Below are positions 18,208 to 21,094 of a stretch of DNA of 21,094 nucleotides, in pieces. Source of the DNA: Saprolegnia diclina VS20 (lineage: Eukaryota); the NCBI RefSeq assembly GCF_000281045.1, contig NW_008246122.1:305301-326394 (forward strand), read 5' to 3'. The notes under the pieces were generated by a model. It did no database searches, was not told the DNA's origin, and saw only the letters and a list, made by a program, of their open reading frames with translations. Positions within the stretch are counted from its first letter, which is position 1, and every line of letters begins with the position of its first letter. The position numbers were made by a program, and so were the translations under genes.

Positions 18208-20732
18208 CTACGAGATCGACGACAACGAGAACGCTACCTCTGGCGCTGACGGTCGGTCGATTGGGTTGTACATCAAACACTGCGTTGCGAGCTGGCGGAC
18301 CCACGTTGGACACGACGCTGTGAACGTCGGCTGGATCGACCCCGCGATCACGAGACCCACGATCGCAGTGTCCACGTACGGCTTGCCCGTCGTCGGGTTC
18401 ATTGCGTTCGCATACGGAATCTCGTGCGTGTCGAGCTCCGACAAGATCATTCCTATTCCAAAAGAGATATAAAATGAGACTCCTACACCAGATACTAGAA
18501 TCGAGTCGAATGTCGTCCTACCCAGCGAAAAGATGTCGGCGGCGATCGTGTAGTGGTCGTCCTTGAGTATCTCGGGCGCCATCCACCGGTACGTGCCCAC
18601 GCTCATGGTCATAGTTTCCTGAAAATCTTCTTTCGAGACGCCGAAATCACTCACTTTGGCGCCTTTCGTCGAGTCCAGTAGGATATTCCTCGACTTGAGG
18701 TCGCGGTGGATGACGTTCATCGAGTGCATATAGACTAGGGCGTCGACCACATCGCGGAGGACGCGGAGCTTCCACGCCCAGTCCAAGCTACCATGCAAAG
18801 CCAAGTGGGCTTTGAGGTCGCCGAGGTCCATGAGCTCGAGCACGGCGGCGAGGTCACGGGGTCGGGTCCACGCAACACCGTACAAGGCGACGATCTGTGG
18901 GCACTGGAACCTAGTCATGCCGACAATCAAAGGCTGCTAGAGTAGGTATAGGGTGGGGGTAGGGTACATACCGGTTCATGAGTTCGAGCTCAGCGACAAA
19001 GCTGCGAATGTCCTCGACACTGCCGCGCGTCGGAAGCAGCCGTTTGATGGCAACCGCCCGTCCACGAAGCGAGCCGCGCCAGATCTCGCCGAACGCGCCT
19101 TCGCTGAGTCTCTCGACGTAGGTCACGTCGCGGATGGAGATGCGAATAGGTTCGAGCACATCGAGTTCGGTGGCCAGTCCATCGGACGTCTCGACTTCGG
19201 CTACTCGACCATACTCATGAGATAGCGAAGACGAGACTTTGATACCGTAGCGGCGTCGGCGCTTGTAGAGAACGAAGGCTGTGCCGAGAAGCGCCAGCAA
19301 TCCTGCGACGGCGGCAGCAACAATCGCCCAGTCATAGCCTAGGGGTAAATTGGCGTCTTGGCCTCTTTCGATGCGGATCTACCGTGTCCGGCACTTGGGG
19401 TCGGGTCGGGGGCCAATGTTCGCATCGGAGTGGGGTCAGGGGGCGATGCTTTAATTGGCGTCACGACGCACGCTGACCACGCGTACAGAGAGTCCCGGGA
19501 CCAAAGCGGTTGGAGCGCACCGCCCTCTGTGGTGCCACACGAGGCGCTGGGGACGTTGGTATCGAATGACGCATCGCCAGAGGAAGCGTAGTCGAGGAAG
19601 GACGGTCGGAGGCGACGGAGTGCCACGTATGTTGTCGCATCGATCGAGATCTCGCGAAGAGCAGTCGACATGGCGCCACTACGTACATGCATGAGCTTGT
19701 CATCAAACCACCGAGCATAGAGGATGACGCACAATTTGTCGATCGCGCTCGTGAGCGTCAAGTTTTTGATGCTCTGGAGGGCGCCGTTGCCGCTGAGTTC
19801 CCTACGCAGTACCTCAGCTTCCATACTATACACTGAGCACTTTGTACAAGCACGTAAGAGCGGGCCAGTACATGTCGTCGAGCGATGTAAGCGCGTTGCC
19901 GCGCAGGTCTCTACGCAGAAGAGCGTAGGGACACGAGATGACATATTGTACACAAGTACAAATATGTCAACGACAGCGGTCGTAGTGCAGTGACATCTTG
20001 GATGTGGTTGCCATTGAGCCGTCTACGAGAGCTTAGAGATACAACGACATTTGACACTCAAAAGAGTCCGCACAGTGCGCGAAGGGTCGGCGGGAGGTTC
20101 GGGGGCAGCGCATCCAGCTCGCTGCCGGACAGCAGTCTACGCGCTGAATCGTGACAACAGGGCGACAACGAGCCACGTACAAGCACTCGAGGTTGGACGG
20201 CCACGCAATCGTCGGTGAGAGTGAGCGTAGCTTACAATGGTTCATGGCTCTACACTTGCGAGTGAGCTCCACTGCGATACTTCAACGCCTACATGGAGGG
20301 GCGGCTCAACCTCGTGCTGCTACGAAGAGGCAAAGCATCGTCTCACAACTTTGCTCTTCGACTAGAGAAAATACGTACTAGAGCGTGTTTGGCAACAGGA
20401 GCTGGGAGAGGTCGAGGTACCCGCCGCCGCAGTCAAACCCGCTAGCAGAGTCGATGAGTGCGGATAGGACAATGGCGTGAAGACTACAGCGTCGCGTTGG
20501 CGTAGTTGGTGACGTTGCCAACGGCGGCGAACGAGTACGTGGCCGTGTGGGTCGCACTCGAATCCGTCTGATCCGTCGACAGCATGTTGAGTAGCGCATT
20601 GACGCTGTAGTTGCGCGGGACGCACTGCTTGTTGAGCAAGCAGACAGGCGCCGTCGGTGGGCAGTTGTCGTCGGCTGCGAGAATCGCCGCGTCGTCAGCA
20701 ATTGCCAGCGAGCTGTACGGACACGGCTTCAT
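18208..20732 (-). CDS. Oomycete LRR receptor-like kinase (TKL family)
   Basis: N-terminal Cys-containing cap (CPY...CPPTAPVCLLNKQC) and short LRR exons (LRSLSPTIAWPSNLECL, LDALPPNLPPTLRTL, LNGNHIQDV, DLRGNALTSL, ELSGNGALQSI). These are followed by a Pro-rich stalk, a TM helix (WAIVAAAVAGLLALLGTAFVLY-KRRRR, about 19260-19335) and a kinase with GAFGEIW, VAIK, HRDLKSRN, DFG, GTYRWMAPE and ADIFSLG. The 5' end is uncertain because there is no obvious signal peptide at Met 20732. Confidence 0.9.
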
Positions 20733-21094
20733 GTTGGGTTTGCACTTTGCTGCTGCTGCCAGCTTGGAGTGCGCTGCACTGTGCGTAACATTGACACGGA
20801 TATAGTGTGCGTAATTTCAACGCAGGTGTCGATTGAAAGACGCATAAATTGGTGTAAGAAACGCATATTTTTCACACGTGAAAATACAGCCAGCATTTCA
20901 CACGGGGTCACGATGACCAGCGAGCTGCTCGATGTTGCGGCCCTAAGCTGCAGCCGCATGCGTCACCGGTGCCAGCGAGCTGATCGCCGAGATTGCTGGT
21001 CATAGACTTAACAGTGGTGTCGCCGCCTCGTCCTTGCAGCAGGAGTCGAGGGTCGGATCTTGCCGATAACGATGCCTCCAAGTCTTCTGCCGCA

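Noticed and set aside
18942..18965. G-rich intronic tracts as G-quadruplex (also about 1376-1392)
   Set aside because: Only three runs of three or more G in each; weak evidence.
20900..21094. Possible 3' end of another minus-strand gene at the window edge
   Set aside because: Several short frames are open and none has a recognisable motif; it cannot be called.

Overview
Gene-dense, intron-rich eukaryotic DNA, most likely a saprolegnialean oomycete (Saprolegnia/Achlya-like). This is inferred from GC-rich exons, roughly 42-63 nt GT..TAG introns, an oomycete-type LRR receptor TKL kinase and flagellar-type genes. Manual splicing gives nine genes: (1) the 3' part of TFIIH p62/Tfb1; (2) a 10-exon Y/G/S/Q-rich protein ending in a SPIRAL1/Jupiter-like PPGG motif, missed by the ORF track; (3) a secreted Cys-motif repeat protein; (4) TFIIE beta carrying an inserted domain of about 125 aa; (5) a paralogous secreted, probably GPI-anchored Gly/Asn/Met-rich protein interrupted by an assembly gap; (6) an 8.5 kb multi-exon TPR gene; (7) PACRG-like; (8) a third small secreted protein with the same Cys motif; (9) an LRR-TM-TKL kinase. 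The main candidate for novelty is the three-member secreted/surface family sharing an N-terminal E-C-x3-C-x7-C-x2-C motif. Other leads are a perfect 22-bp hairpin in a divergent promoter, the TFIIE beta insertion and near-exclusive TAG splice acceptors. All exon models were made by eye and no database search was run.
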